Shown here piece after piece: positions 48,909-60,240 of a stretch of DNA of 64,000 bases. Source of the stretch: Podarcis muralis (lineage: Eukaryota); NCBI RefSeq assembly GCF_964188315.1, contig NC_135660.1, positions 48,484,001-48,548,000 of the forward strand. The letters run 5' to 3'. The notes under the pieces are model-generated. The model did no database searches, was not told where the DNA came from, and saw only the letters and a list, made by a program, of their open reading frames with translations. The stretch's first letter is position 1; each line of letters begins with the position of its first letter. Position numbers and translations under genes: made by a program.

Positions 48909-50765
48909 CCTCCATTTAACAAAGAGATAGAAAGTCAGCAAGAAAAGCACTAGTATATTGAATATTTTCAAAGTTTTCACTCTGCTTCGGTTGCATTGAT
49001 AGAGCTCTTTTGCTTTCTGCCTGCACTGCAGCTCCTTTTAATACCGCAGGATCTATAGTATGTACACTTGGAATTCAACAACAAAGCTGCCATAAGAAGG
49101 GGTTAAACTGGATTCAGGATTTATTCCTGGTACCCAAATGGATTAAGACTCTGCCATTTTCTCATCTTGTTAGAATCTTTGTCAAAAGAATGAGGATTAG
49201 ATGTGGCTAACGCTCCCCTCTTTAATAGCAAACTATATTGTGCTGACCTTTACAGTGTTATCTGATTTGCTTTCCTGAAGAGTCAAGGTTATTCCGTTCT
49301 CTTCCATTTGCTTATGAGGAAGAGGTGGAACAGACAGGCAGTAAAATTAAAGGGTACAGTAAAGGTTGAAATATAGCACAGTCTCTTGGCAAAGCTGTGC
49401 TAAGATGCAAAAAAGAGAGAGATGGTGATATCACAAATATCCACGTTTGTTTGTTTATTTGTTTGTTTGTTTGTTATTTTGTTCCACAAGTAACAATCAC
49501 ACATTAAGAAAAGAAATTTGAATAAGCAACAGGGTTTTATTTTATTTTTTTAACCTGGAAAATGAGGGGAGGGGGAGCCAGAACCGGATTTGCATGATTT
49601 TGGTGCAATGGACAAAAAGGACATAATACATGAATGCTCATCTAAATGAAGAACATCAAACAGCCTATTTATTTCTATTTAAAAAAATAGAAGAGTTTGT
49701 CAAAAAGCAACTTACTATTATTCTGTTTAAGGTAAATCTTTACAAGTTGAAAGTTCACTATTTTTGAATATCACATAGGGATATCGATGAAGTAATGTAA
49801 CTTTTTTAACGGTGTGTTCAAAAACCCTACATTTAAATTTCTTACCAGTCCTGATGATGGAAGAATATAAGTTGTATTTGCCTCATTGACTCGTTTAAGC
49901 TATTGCTGGGAAACTCCTACAGCCGAAAAGTATACATGTATTTTAAAAGAGTTATAGGGAACAAGGGGGAAAAAAGAGGCTTTTTAATCTGCTAGAGGAT
50001 ACGTTCCAGAAATGTGGGTCATATGCTTAAATTTCAACAAATCTGATATCTATCTTCCTGCATATTAATGCTTGATCAATAATACCTCCTACCCCTCAGA
50101 AACACTGAATTCAATTTACAGAAGAGCACCTGGTGTTTTCTGCAAAGGCCTAAGTCTGATACAGTAAGCTCTGGAGCAAACTTTTGTCGCATAAAAGCCT
50201 CAAGGTAACTTGAGGCTTATTTCAGCTTGCTGGCGCGATGTCTCTGAAGCAAGAAGTCGCCATCTGCCAGTTAGTTTCAAACTTGCAGAACGAGGAAAGG
50301 AAGAGTCAAGCAGAACACTTCAACCAGAAGGATTCAGAAGCGTGACATATTGTACTTGTCACAGGTTATGGGAAATCACTTGCCATAAGGTTGCTGTTTG
50401 CTCCAGCTGATGAATTAAACCCGGAATGCCTCATATGTTGCAGGTTGATTTCATACTCGTCCAAGGGGCTTGCATGACAATTCTAAGGGGAAAGGCTCAT
50501 AGCAAGGAATTTCATTCTAAATGAGATTCAGAAGTAATTGTGAGGCATAGTAGTAGGACCCATGGGTTCTGAAAGTATTTTATTGCACACACATATTGTT
50601 TAAGACCTGTTATTTAAGCTTCACACTCAGTCATTATCAGCACTCAGATTGATTTTGTGCATTCTGCCACAATGGTGCAAGAATACCTGCATCATTGTCA
50701 TCTCTACTTCTCTTCTTCATAATCTTCTTTAAGGAGGGTGGAAAGCATTTAAAAGTCTTTAAATT

Positions 50766-51361
50766 GTTGTTGTTTAGCCATTTAGTCGTGTCCGACTCTT
50801 CGTGACCCCTTGGACCAGAGCACGCCAGGCATTCCTGTCTTCCACTGCCTCCCACAGTATGGTCAAACTCATGCTGGTAGCTTTGAGAACACTGTCCAAC
50901 CATCTCGTCCTCTGTCGTCCCCTTGTCCTTGTGTTCTCAATCTTTCCCAACATGAGGGTATTTTCCAAGGAGTTTTCTCTTCTCATGAGGTGGCCAAAGT
51001 ATTGGAGCCTCAACTTCAGGATCTGTCCTTCCAGTGAGCACTCAGGGCTGATTTCCTTAAGAATGGATAGGTTTGATCTTCTTATAGTCCATGGGACTCT
51101 CAAGAGTCTCTTCCAGCACCATAATTCAAAAGCATCCGCCTTCTTTATGGTCCAGCTCTCACTTCCATACATCACTACTGGGAAAACCATAGCTTTAACT
51201 ATACGGACCTTTGTTGGCAAGGTGATGTCTCTGCTTTTTAAGATGCTGTCTAGGGTTGTCATCGCTTTTCTCCCAAGAAGCAGGTGTCTTTTAATTTAGT
51301 GGCTGCTGTCACCATCTGCAGTGATCATGGAGCCCAAGAAAGTAAAATCTCTCACTGCCTC
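50766..51361 (-). mobile_element. 5'-truncated BovB (minus strand)
   Basis: Reverse (CAA)n tail at 50766; 15-nt internal deletion removing RRRID; only aatt is shared by the flanks. Confidence 0.95.
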
Positions 51362-51387
51362 AATTTTTTAATATACTTTATATACTT

Positions 51388-51754
51388 TTGAATTATGGTT
51401 CTGGAGGAGACTCTTGAGAGTCCCATGGACTGCAAGAAGATCAAACCTATCCATTCTGAAGGAAATCAGCCCTGAGTGCTCACTGGAAGGACAGATCCTG
51501 AAGCTGAGGTTCCAATACTTTGGCCACCTCATGAGAAGGGAAGACTCCCTGGAAAAGACCCTGATGTTGGGAAAGATTGAGGGCACAAGGAGAAGGGGAC
51601 GACAGAGGACGAGATGGTTGGACAGTGTTTTTGAAGCTACTAATGTGAGTTTGACCAAACTGTGGGAGGCAGTGGAAGACAGGAGTGCCTGGCCTGCTCT
51701 GGTCCATGGGGTCACAAAGAGTTGGATACGACTAAACGATTGAACAACAACAAC
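51388..51754 (+). mobile_element. 5'-truncated BovB
   Basis: 13-bp TSD actttatatactt (51375-87, 51755-67); (CAA)n tail. Confidence 0.95.
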
Positions 51755-52663
51755 ACTTTATATACTTAGATTTAAATAAGGACAGTACCCACCACCTCCC
51801 GTCTTATGGCTCAACACAAGAAAATCTGTCTCAGAGACACTGGTTTGGTTTTAAGCAACATTGAGCTGGGTTTTGTTTGGTATGGTTTGGTTTTGCTAGA
51901 GAACAAGCCTGGCAGTGACTACTTCACTTTGTAAAGGTTTGCTGGGGATTCTAACTCTGTGGGGGAAGGGTAAACTACAATGCCCAGAATTTTTTGAGGG
52001 AAATAATGTGCTTCAAATGTATTTAAAGCATAGTGTATACACAGCCACAGATAGAAGTAGAGTTGCTCTCAAATAAATGTTATCAAGCAAAAACAACTGC
52101 TGGGATGTTGTCACAGATATGCATTTTGCCAGAGCTACAGATGAAATAGGAGAATAAAGATATAAATTGTTTGGACAGAATGTGCAATTCAGAAAGGGTT
52201 GTTTCACTTAAAAAGGACACTGTTCCATCATTTATACAAGGATATTTCAGTCGGCTTATTGATAGGCTAATATGTGGCTATTTGCATGTACACTTCAGAA
52301 GAAATCTGCTCTAGAAATGCTCCTGTCCACCAATCTCTTTTGCGTGGAGATAACTAGAGAGGGGTAAATATAAAAGAGACCCTTCTTATGCCCAATATTA
52401 AAAATATTAAGATGATGCAGTCAGTGATAGAACTACAACAAAGGAAATAATGAATGTTCATCTGGTTTACGTCATGCATGAATTGTCTGCGGAAGAAGAG
52501 GAGGATGCTATTTATAAAGGTAGTGGTACTCCAGTTGAGGAGATGTACTTTTCCAGTACACTTTAACTACCACATATGTTTTGAATATAATAGAGATGAA
52601 ACAAAGATATCAGCTTTTGGTCGACAGCATGGGTACCTATATTTAGGCACTTTGTAGAGCAAT

Positions 52664-52988
52664 CAGTGCCGGATTTATGTATAAGCTAAACAAGCTATAG
52701 CATCGGGTCCCACTCTCTTGGCCCCCCCCCCCAAAAAAAATTAAAGGAAAAAAACCTGGATGTACATTTGCAAAATATAAGATAAAAAACAATTACCGTA
52801 AAATAAAACCTACATACAGCAACAGTGTTTTGTGTTGTGTATGGACCTATTAGGTCCATAAATTACCATACAGCATATATTCAACACAAAAAAGTGACAA
52901 TTTGTTGTTGACAAAGGACAGCTGAACATATAAAGGGCCTCATTACCTTCAGTAGCTTAGGGCCTCATCAAACCTAAATCCGGCCCTG
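52664..52988. mobile_element. hAT (Tip100-like) MITE (325 bp)
   Basis: TIR cagtgccggattta / taaatccggccctg; perfect 8-bp TSD agagcaat. Confidence 0.9.
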
Positions 52989-53050
52989 AGAGCAATCCTA
53001 TGCACATTGACTCAGAAATAAGTCCCATTGACTTAAGTGATAAGTGGGTA

Positions 53051-53267
53051 CAGTGGTTACGTACTTAATTCGTTCCGGAGGTCCATTCTTAACCTGAAAC
53101 TGTTCTTAACCTGAAGCACCACTTTAGCTAATGGGGCCTCCCACTGCTGCCACGCCGCCGCCGCACAATTTCTGTTCTCATCTTGAAGCAAAGTTCTTAA
53201 CCCGAGGTACTATTTCTGGGTTAGCGGAGTCTGTAACCTGAAGCGTATGTAACCTGGGGTATCACTG
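53051..53267. mobile_element. Tc1/mariner MITE family A with a damaged left TIR
   Basis: TA TSDs; about 8 nt missing from the left TIR; right TIR mutated (ggggtatcactg). Confidence 0.9.
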
Positions 53268-55179
53268 TATATGGTTGCAATCTTATTCCATTTTAGTTGC
53301 TTAATTATGAGCTTCTGATAATCAATTGCAAACTCATGTGAAGAAACAAACTCTTTGCCCTGGATCTGATGCCCCCCCCCCCATTACTATAGATCAGGGA
53401 AGCCTGTGGCCTTTCACATATTGTTGAACTACAACTCCCATAATCCCTGACCAGAGGCCATGCCTGCCACAGACAAAATAATGTAAAAAACCCAAAACTT
53501 CTTCTAAGTGAAGCAATGCAAGAAATGCCGATATATATTCAGTGATACGATGGATGCCTATAGTTCTAACTTATTGACTGAATTTGGTGATGAAAGGATA
53601 GCATAATTGTATGTACCAGCAAATGCTTGGTGCGCAATTATTCTGTGCTAAATGGGGAAAAGTTATGGTAACTACATTCCATTCCAATGAAAGACAGATT
53701 TAATGTTCAGAAAACAAAGTCCTAATATGGTTAATGCCTGCTACACATGTTTTCAGGAGAGGGAAAATTTACCACCACCACCCGTGAAACATAAAAGGCT
53801 CAAAGGCAATTTCTTGCTTTTAACTGGAATTCTCTCAAGTATAGTAGGGCAGCAGTTTACTGTACAAGAATTAACAGTGTTGCCATAGTTGCCTTTGGCG
53901 GTGGTGATGGAAATACTGAGTGATGTGGAAAGATTAAAGGAACCAAACATTTTGATAGGATGCCAGCATTCATGGTGGCAGACCAGTGAAGGCAGCACAT
54001 CTCTGAAGCAATGATGGGTAGAGGATTTTAGGTGATTATATTCACCCATGCTGCAAGCTATTAGATTCCCTCACTGGGAGAGCTAAACCCAAACAAAGCC
54101 TCTTCTGTCTTCTATATGTTTTATCCAAATATTTTCTATTCCTGCTGCGTTCCAAGAGCTCCAGACAAGTCCCCATGTAACTGTACCTCTTATTCTTCAA
54201 GTTTACAGCTAGAAAACCATATGCATTATCACCCAAAGGGCAACTTATGAATCTTGAAGACTGGATATTGGGTTGCATTCGGATATGGGGAAATTTAAAT
54301 AATAACAATAATATTAACATTCACAATGCAGTACCAGTAGCATTATCAAACTGTAGCTTTTTGACCGATACACTGGCATGTTGAACTAAATTTTATTCAC
54401 ATCAGTGGATGCAGTGTCACCAAACAATGGATATCATTGGATAACATCACCATTTCCCCTCCCTTGCTGCCCATGCATGCTTCTGTTCCCCCGTGATTCA
54501 CCCTTGGCAGGAAAGAACAGTATGCCAATATAATGCCCCAAATTCTGCCACTTTCCTGTTGCAATTTTCTGGGTTAATGGGGTAGCAAACTACCCTTTTA
54601 CTGCACTGTCAATAAGAAACAAATAAATAAAATACAAAATAATTGACCCTCTCTGTCCCCCAGATCACCCCAGCAATGCACCTAGAAGGACTTATTTGAA
54701 AGAATAAGTCAGAGGCCTGCCCCTTTAAGGGCTTCCTTCCCTTAAGGACGGGATAGAGATTATCTGGTCCTGAGAGCATAAAAGCCCTCTCTAATAATTT
54801 GTTGGAGCAAATGGATGCTGGCCCACCTTGCCTGCATCATGCCTTGCAGACTCCTTGTTTAGACCGGGACAGATCACCCCAGCCAATGGATCTTCCTATA
54901 AAATGTCTATAGGAATTTGACCATTGGGTCCCTACAGACATTCTAACTCAATCTTCGACAATCTGGTGATGGCCAGGTGTTTTGGACTACAGCTCCCAGT
55001 CAGAATAGGAATGCCGGCTGGGGCTGATGGGAAATGTAGACACCAGGAAGCCATCTTGTTGCATTGAACTGAGTACCTGAAAAGAGCTCATATCTCAACT
55101 AAATTTTCATAGGAGTGAATCAAAAACATTGCTAAACGTTCTTCTGAGGGAAGATTAATATAGATAGGTATTCAGGTAT

Positions 55180-55696
55180 TGACAAACCTAGACAGCATCT
55201 TAAAAAGTAGAGACATCACCTTGCCAACAAAGGTCCGTATAGTAAAAGCTATGGTTTTCCCAGTAGTGATGTATGGAAGTGAAAGCTGGACCATAAAGAA
55301 TGCTGATCACCGAAGAATTGATGCTTTTGAATTATGGTGCTGGAGGAGACTCTTGAGAGTCCCATGGACTGCAAGAAGATCAAACCTATCCATTCTTAAG
55401 GAAATCAGCCCTGAGTGCTCACTGGAAGGACAGATCCTGAAGCTGAGGCTCCAATACTTTGGCCACCTCATGAGAAGAGAAGACTCCCTGGAAAAGACCC
55501 TCATGCTGGGAAAGATGGAGGGCACAAGGAGAAGGGAATGGCAGAGGATGAGATGGTTGGATAGTGTTCGCGAAGCTACCAGCATGAGTTTGACCAAACT
55601 GCGGGAGGCAGTGGAAGACAGGAGTGCCTGGCGTGCTCTGGTCCATGGGGTCACGAAGAGTCGGACATGACTAAACGACTAAACAACAACAACAAA
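55180..55696 (+). mobile_element. 5'-truncated BovB
   Basis: 10-bp TSD attcaggtat (55170-79, 55697-706); (CAA)n tail. Confidence 0.96.
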
Positions 55697-57676
55697 ATTC
55701 AGGTATCCCTGACTTTAACAGCTCAAATACGTTTAATTTCTAGAATCCAGATACGGAACTGCAGTGAGGGTTTTAGGTTTTTCTGTCTCTTAACAGAGGT
55801 CTTTTTAATTGAAAATTTGACTGACTAATGGGAAGCCCCAATAGATGGCTTAGAAAGGGATTCTAATTTATCCAAGATTTTATCTGCAACAGCAGTTTAT
55901 CATAAGAGATGATTTTATAAAAGAAAAACAATAGTGTGTTTCCTTGAAAGGCAATGACCAAACCATATTTTTGTGGCTATTGAAATAAAGCCAAAGGAAA
56001 AGAAAGTATTAAAAATCAGCTCAGACAACATGAAAAAACATGGTTTCAGGTTGTCTACTAAAACTATTTCAGAGTTGATTGAAAGCAGATTGAATCTCTC
56101 TTGCATTACACTTTCGACAAAATCATTTTGTTGATTAACACAATCCAATGTACAATAACCTATAGTGATTTCAGTCAATGGCTGCTGATCTGTGTTTCAG
56201 ATGCACAATTCAAATGCACAATCCATTCCTTATCAGGCAATAATGCCAGGATTAGCACTGCCAAATATCTCCAGTGCAATGCTTGCCAATAAATGTTAGA
56301 TTGGCTTTATTATGAACTGGCAGAATATTGTATCTATACCTATATCAATATATATTTGAAACAAAATGCTTCTCACAAATATGAAGTAGACCGTCAGAAG
56401 GAAAAATGATTGGTATTTTCAGGTAATATGAATTTTAGAGCCTATTTCCATTCTCTTAAAATATATGCTTCATGTTTTATGGGCTGATCAAACCTAGTCA
56501 GGAAGTGGAGACATCAATTAATTACAAAGGCAAATGTGAGCAATCATATGAAGAGAATATAAAACTACATCACAATACAAATCAAGGAGATGGATGATTC
56601 AGTGCCCTTTTGGGCCAATGTTAGTGAATCACAGCTAGATAAAAGAAGCTTCAGTGTACGCTTATAAAAATGCAGGAATTTCATTTATATTAGAGCTGTG
56701 TGCCAAGCTTCAGAGAGAAGAAATCTGGACATTCCATGAGTTGTTATCTTAAGACAAACACAGGTGCTAAACGTTAAAAAAGAAAAAAATGAGGTATGTT
56801 TTTCTCTTTTAAATTAATGTCACGGCCATGTTAGGGTTGTAACTGAAATACTGATTTAATAACTAGGTGTGAAATTTCCCCTTTGTAATGCAAGCTTCTT
56901 ACATTAGAATCTGATTCCGGATTTCTCATATTTCTAATATTAACTTCCCCTGAAATGCAGTGCAAGAAGTTTTATCCAAGCACAACACCCCACTGTTTAT
57001 TTTGCAGCATCAAACAGTACGAAATTGCCCTGCTAGGTAGTTCCTTAAGGCTGCAATTCTATATCCACTTACCTCGAATTAGTCCCATTGCACTGCTGAT
57101 TATCAGGAGGTGTAGGGTTGCACTGCATCTTGAAACAGCTGAAACTTTCTATTTGTGAACTTTTCTTATATTTTATACATTGGCACTGAACATTTGGAGA
57201 AAATGACTGTTGGCTTCTCTCCCCACCTCCCTTTTAGTTACGTGCAATTTGCCACTGCATAAATAAGATAGTGCTATTTAAAAAAACACACACCACACAC
57301 CACACTTTGATATTATTATATTAATAATTCTTAGAGCTAACAACCCCACCTGCCTCCTTGTTGTTTCTAGTCCTGGTCTCGGATGCCAACATTTGACAAG
57401 CCCATTTGTCTGTGCAGCTGAGTTGTTTGGGAAGTGAATCCTCTGGCTAGCATCCACCTACATAGCATCTGCAATGCCATCTTTTACTCAAATTAATTTG
57501 CACGTTCCTTCTGGAGGAAGCAAGGTTGGGAGAATGCCTGCTCTGCTGAATTGTCCTTTCTTCCCAAAAGTCTTTTCAGGGCTCCCCCCCCCCCTTCTTG
57601 GTTCACCAGTTCACTTTCTTGTTTTCCCATATCCGTTGCTCAATAGATAGTTCTTTCATGGGACATCCAGGGAAAA

Positions 57677-57800
57677 TTTTAATGGTTGATGCTTAATTGT
57701 ATTTTTAATATTTTGGGAGCCGTCCAGAGTGGCTGGGGCAACCCAGTCAGATGGGGGGGGGGGGAATAATAATAATAATAATAATAATAAATAATAATAA
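57677..57800 (+). mobile_element. L2-type LINE 3' tail with (AAT)n
   Basis: ccagagtggctggggcaacccagtcagatggg followed by (aat)n. Confidence 0.7.
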
Positions 57801-58059
57801 TAGCACAGTAACGTGTTATGTACAATTTATCACAGTTCTGGAAGAGCTTGTTGCACACCTTAATCTGAATTTGTTGCACACCCTGCCACTGAAGATCATT
57901 GAGTAATAAGTACTGGGTGGTCTTTGTGTGTTGGGCTGTTCATTAAAATGGCAACCAACTGGTGGTTGGATAATGACATTACCTATGTCTGTTTACAGAT
58001 CTCCTATCTCAGGTGCACAATGTGGTTCCCTCCAGGTGCAGTGTGGCATTGTTGGTGCA

Positions 58060-58200
58060 GTGTGGCATTGTGGTTAGTTCACTGGACTGGGAGATCAGAG
58101 TTCAAATCCTCACTCAGGAATGAAACCCACAGGGTGACTTTGGGCCAGTCATGATCTAACCTATCTCATAGGACTAACCTATCTCATAGGACTGTTATGA
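58060..58200 (+). mobile_element. Old MIR/Squam3-like SINE
   Basis: gtggttag...gagttcaaatcc...gggtgactttgggccagtca; 18-bp tandem duplication ctaacctatctcatagga. Confidence 0.55.
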
Positions 58201-58214
58201 GCACAAGAGCACAA

Positions 58215-58380
58215 TCCCTGCCTGCGATTTCCAACAACTGGTATTCAGAAGCATACAGCGGAGGTAAACACAGCTACCATGGCTAGTGGCTGTTGATGGA
58301 CTTTTTAGCCTAATCCTCTTTCAAAGCCATCCAAATCGCACTGCTTGCTGTGGGAGTGAGTTCTATAGTTTAACTATGTG
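58215..58380 (-). mobile_element. Decayed CR1 3' fragment
   Basis: Resembles 15436-15630 and 37130-37510. Confidence 0.5.
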
Positions 58381-58389
58381 GGTTCTCTT

Positions 58390-58734
58390 CATTTCACATT
58401 TCCCCCAATCTTTCTTTTAAAAAATAAACATTACATAATCCTCATGAAACTCTAAAATCTTCATGCTTATACGCAATTTTACCTAACATGCACATGAATT
58501 TTACCTAACATGGCCATTGCAGAACAATCTCCCCTAACACAATGCTATTTTTACAAATGCATGCATTTTTATGCACACTATGAATTTTTGTTCACATTAC
58601 ATGGTTGGAGCATTACAAAATTCAGAAATAAAGGATGACTGTGTTTCAGTGCTTGTATTGTTTCAGAAAGTATGAATTAGGTGGGCTTGCCTTTGAATGT
58701 ACACCAAATTTAATTTCCCCACCCCCCATCCCTA
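58390..58734. mobile_element. Old DNA transposon remnant ending CATCCCTA (family of 84-411)
   Basis: Interior is reverse-homologous to 220-400 (aattttacctaa / ttaggcaaaatt); terminal catcccta. Confidence 0.45.
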
Positions 58735-59132
58735 GATAACACTCCTTTATTTTTTTATTTATTTTTTAAGGAGCATAGAATTATGCCACTAAGCAGTTTA
58801 GGACACAAAAGGAAAGCTTTAACACAGCAAGACACTCACTATCTCTATACACTTCAGGAACATGAGTGTTTAAATCTGTACCACTTTTACAAAGAGTTGT
58901 CATGACTGGGCCAGTTTTTAACCTTGTGGTATGTGAAAGTACAATTAAGCTCCAAGGAGTGAACTTCCATATATCTGTATATTTTAAGGATTCATGTAAG
59001 CAAAGGATTTGAGCGGCTGCTGTTCATTCACGCTCGGGTCCAGTGTTTTGAATGAGCTAAAGTGATCAGGCTACTTGAATTAGTAAATTTGGAATAGGTA
59101 AGAGGACCAGTCCTGGAATATGTGCTGAGGAA

Positions 59133-59150
59133 GCAGCACCCCCTGGTGGT
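59133..59150 (-). promoter_or_regulatory. Candidate CTCF site
   Basis: Minus strand ACCACCAGGGGGTGCTGC, a near-consensus CTCF core in apparently unique DNA. Confidence 0.5.
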
Positions 59151-59959
59151 CTCAATACAAGAACATAACAGAGGAACACCATGGCAGACAATGATAGTTA
59201 TGAGATATCCACTTTTCTGTTGCACCAGAAAGTATGGGTTTAGATTCTAGCCTATTCCCGAAGAGAAGATGAAAAAGTTACATTGGTTTGAGGTGCCCAG
59301 AAAAGTGAAAGAGGTTTGTTGAGCATGCTAAATTGCTAATTTATCGTAGGATCTCTGAATGGCAAGGGAAGAGTTGTCTCTGCTGGCATTGGCATGAGCA
59401 GAGGCACAGAAATGCCAAGATAACTCATGGAATAAAAAAATAAAAAGTATTTGAAATGCAGAATGCAGCTCAGAATGTTGACCTTGGCAGGAATTGAAAG
59501 TCCTAAAATGGAGGCAGAAACAACTGAGGTACAAAGAAACAAGATATGGAAAAGGGCATTTGGCACTGCCAGCTCTTGTACGTTTGTGGCGCATTACAGC
59601 AACAACAGATTAGCTGCAAGGCCTGTTGAAATCAGGGAGAATAAATAAGGCACGTGGAAAGGGCATTTCACCCTGACATGTAGCCACTCCTTGTGAACAC
59701 TTGGATATGCCGAATCAAATGTTTATTAATAAGCTATCATTAACAGCAAGAAAATTAGCTGCTGTGAAGTTGAACGAATGAAAGAATGATAAACCTTCTA
59801 AAGTAGAAAGACATAATAAAAGATGGAGCACAGCCAAAATGGAGAACTTGACAATGGATATAAATATAAAACAAAATAATCTGAAAGCATGCACCCTGTA
59901 TATGGTATTAGTTAATGATGTATAAATTAACTAAGTTAGAGATATTGATAGTGACATCA

Positions 59960-59994
<35 letters not shown>

Positions 59995-59995
59995 T
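59960..59995. repeat. (GT)n microsatellite
   Basis: Direct read. Confidence 0.97.
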
Positions 59996-60080
59996 TTTCA
60001 ATAAAGTGTTTAAAACAAACAAACTAAATAAAATACAATCAATAGTTTTGCCAGTGGTGCCTGAATTGTGATGGTTCTTA

Positions 60081-60240
60081 CTTTTAAATGACATCTGAAT
60101 GCAACCCTGTTTAGGGATGTTTTTAATGTTTAATGCTGTATTGTGTTTTTAATATTCAGTTGGAAGCCACCCAGAGTGGCTGGGGAAACCCAGCCAGATA
60201 GGCGAAGTATATGATGATGATGATGATGATGATGATGATG
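60081..60240 (+). mobile_element. L2-type LINE 3' end with (TGA)n tail
   Basis: Same family as 30293-30474. Confidence 0.75.

Noticed and set aside
50766-51754. Twin-priming inversion as the origin of the BovB pair
   Set aside because: Twin priming gives one tail and non-overlapping segments within one TSD; here there are two tails, overlapping content and a TSD private to the plus copy
54654-54960. LTR-like segment (tgtc...gaca, 14-bp direct repeat cagatcaccccagc, CCAAT, TATA)
   Set aside because: No matching TSD at either candidate end (3/5) and no polyA signal; possible but unsupported
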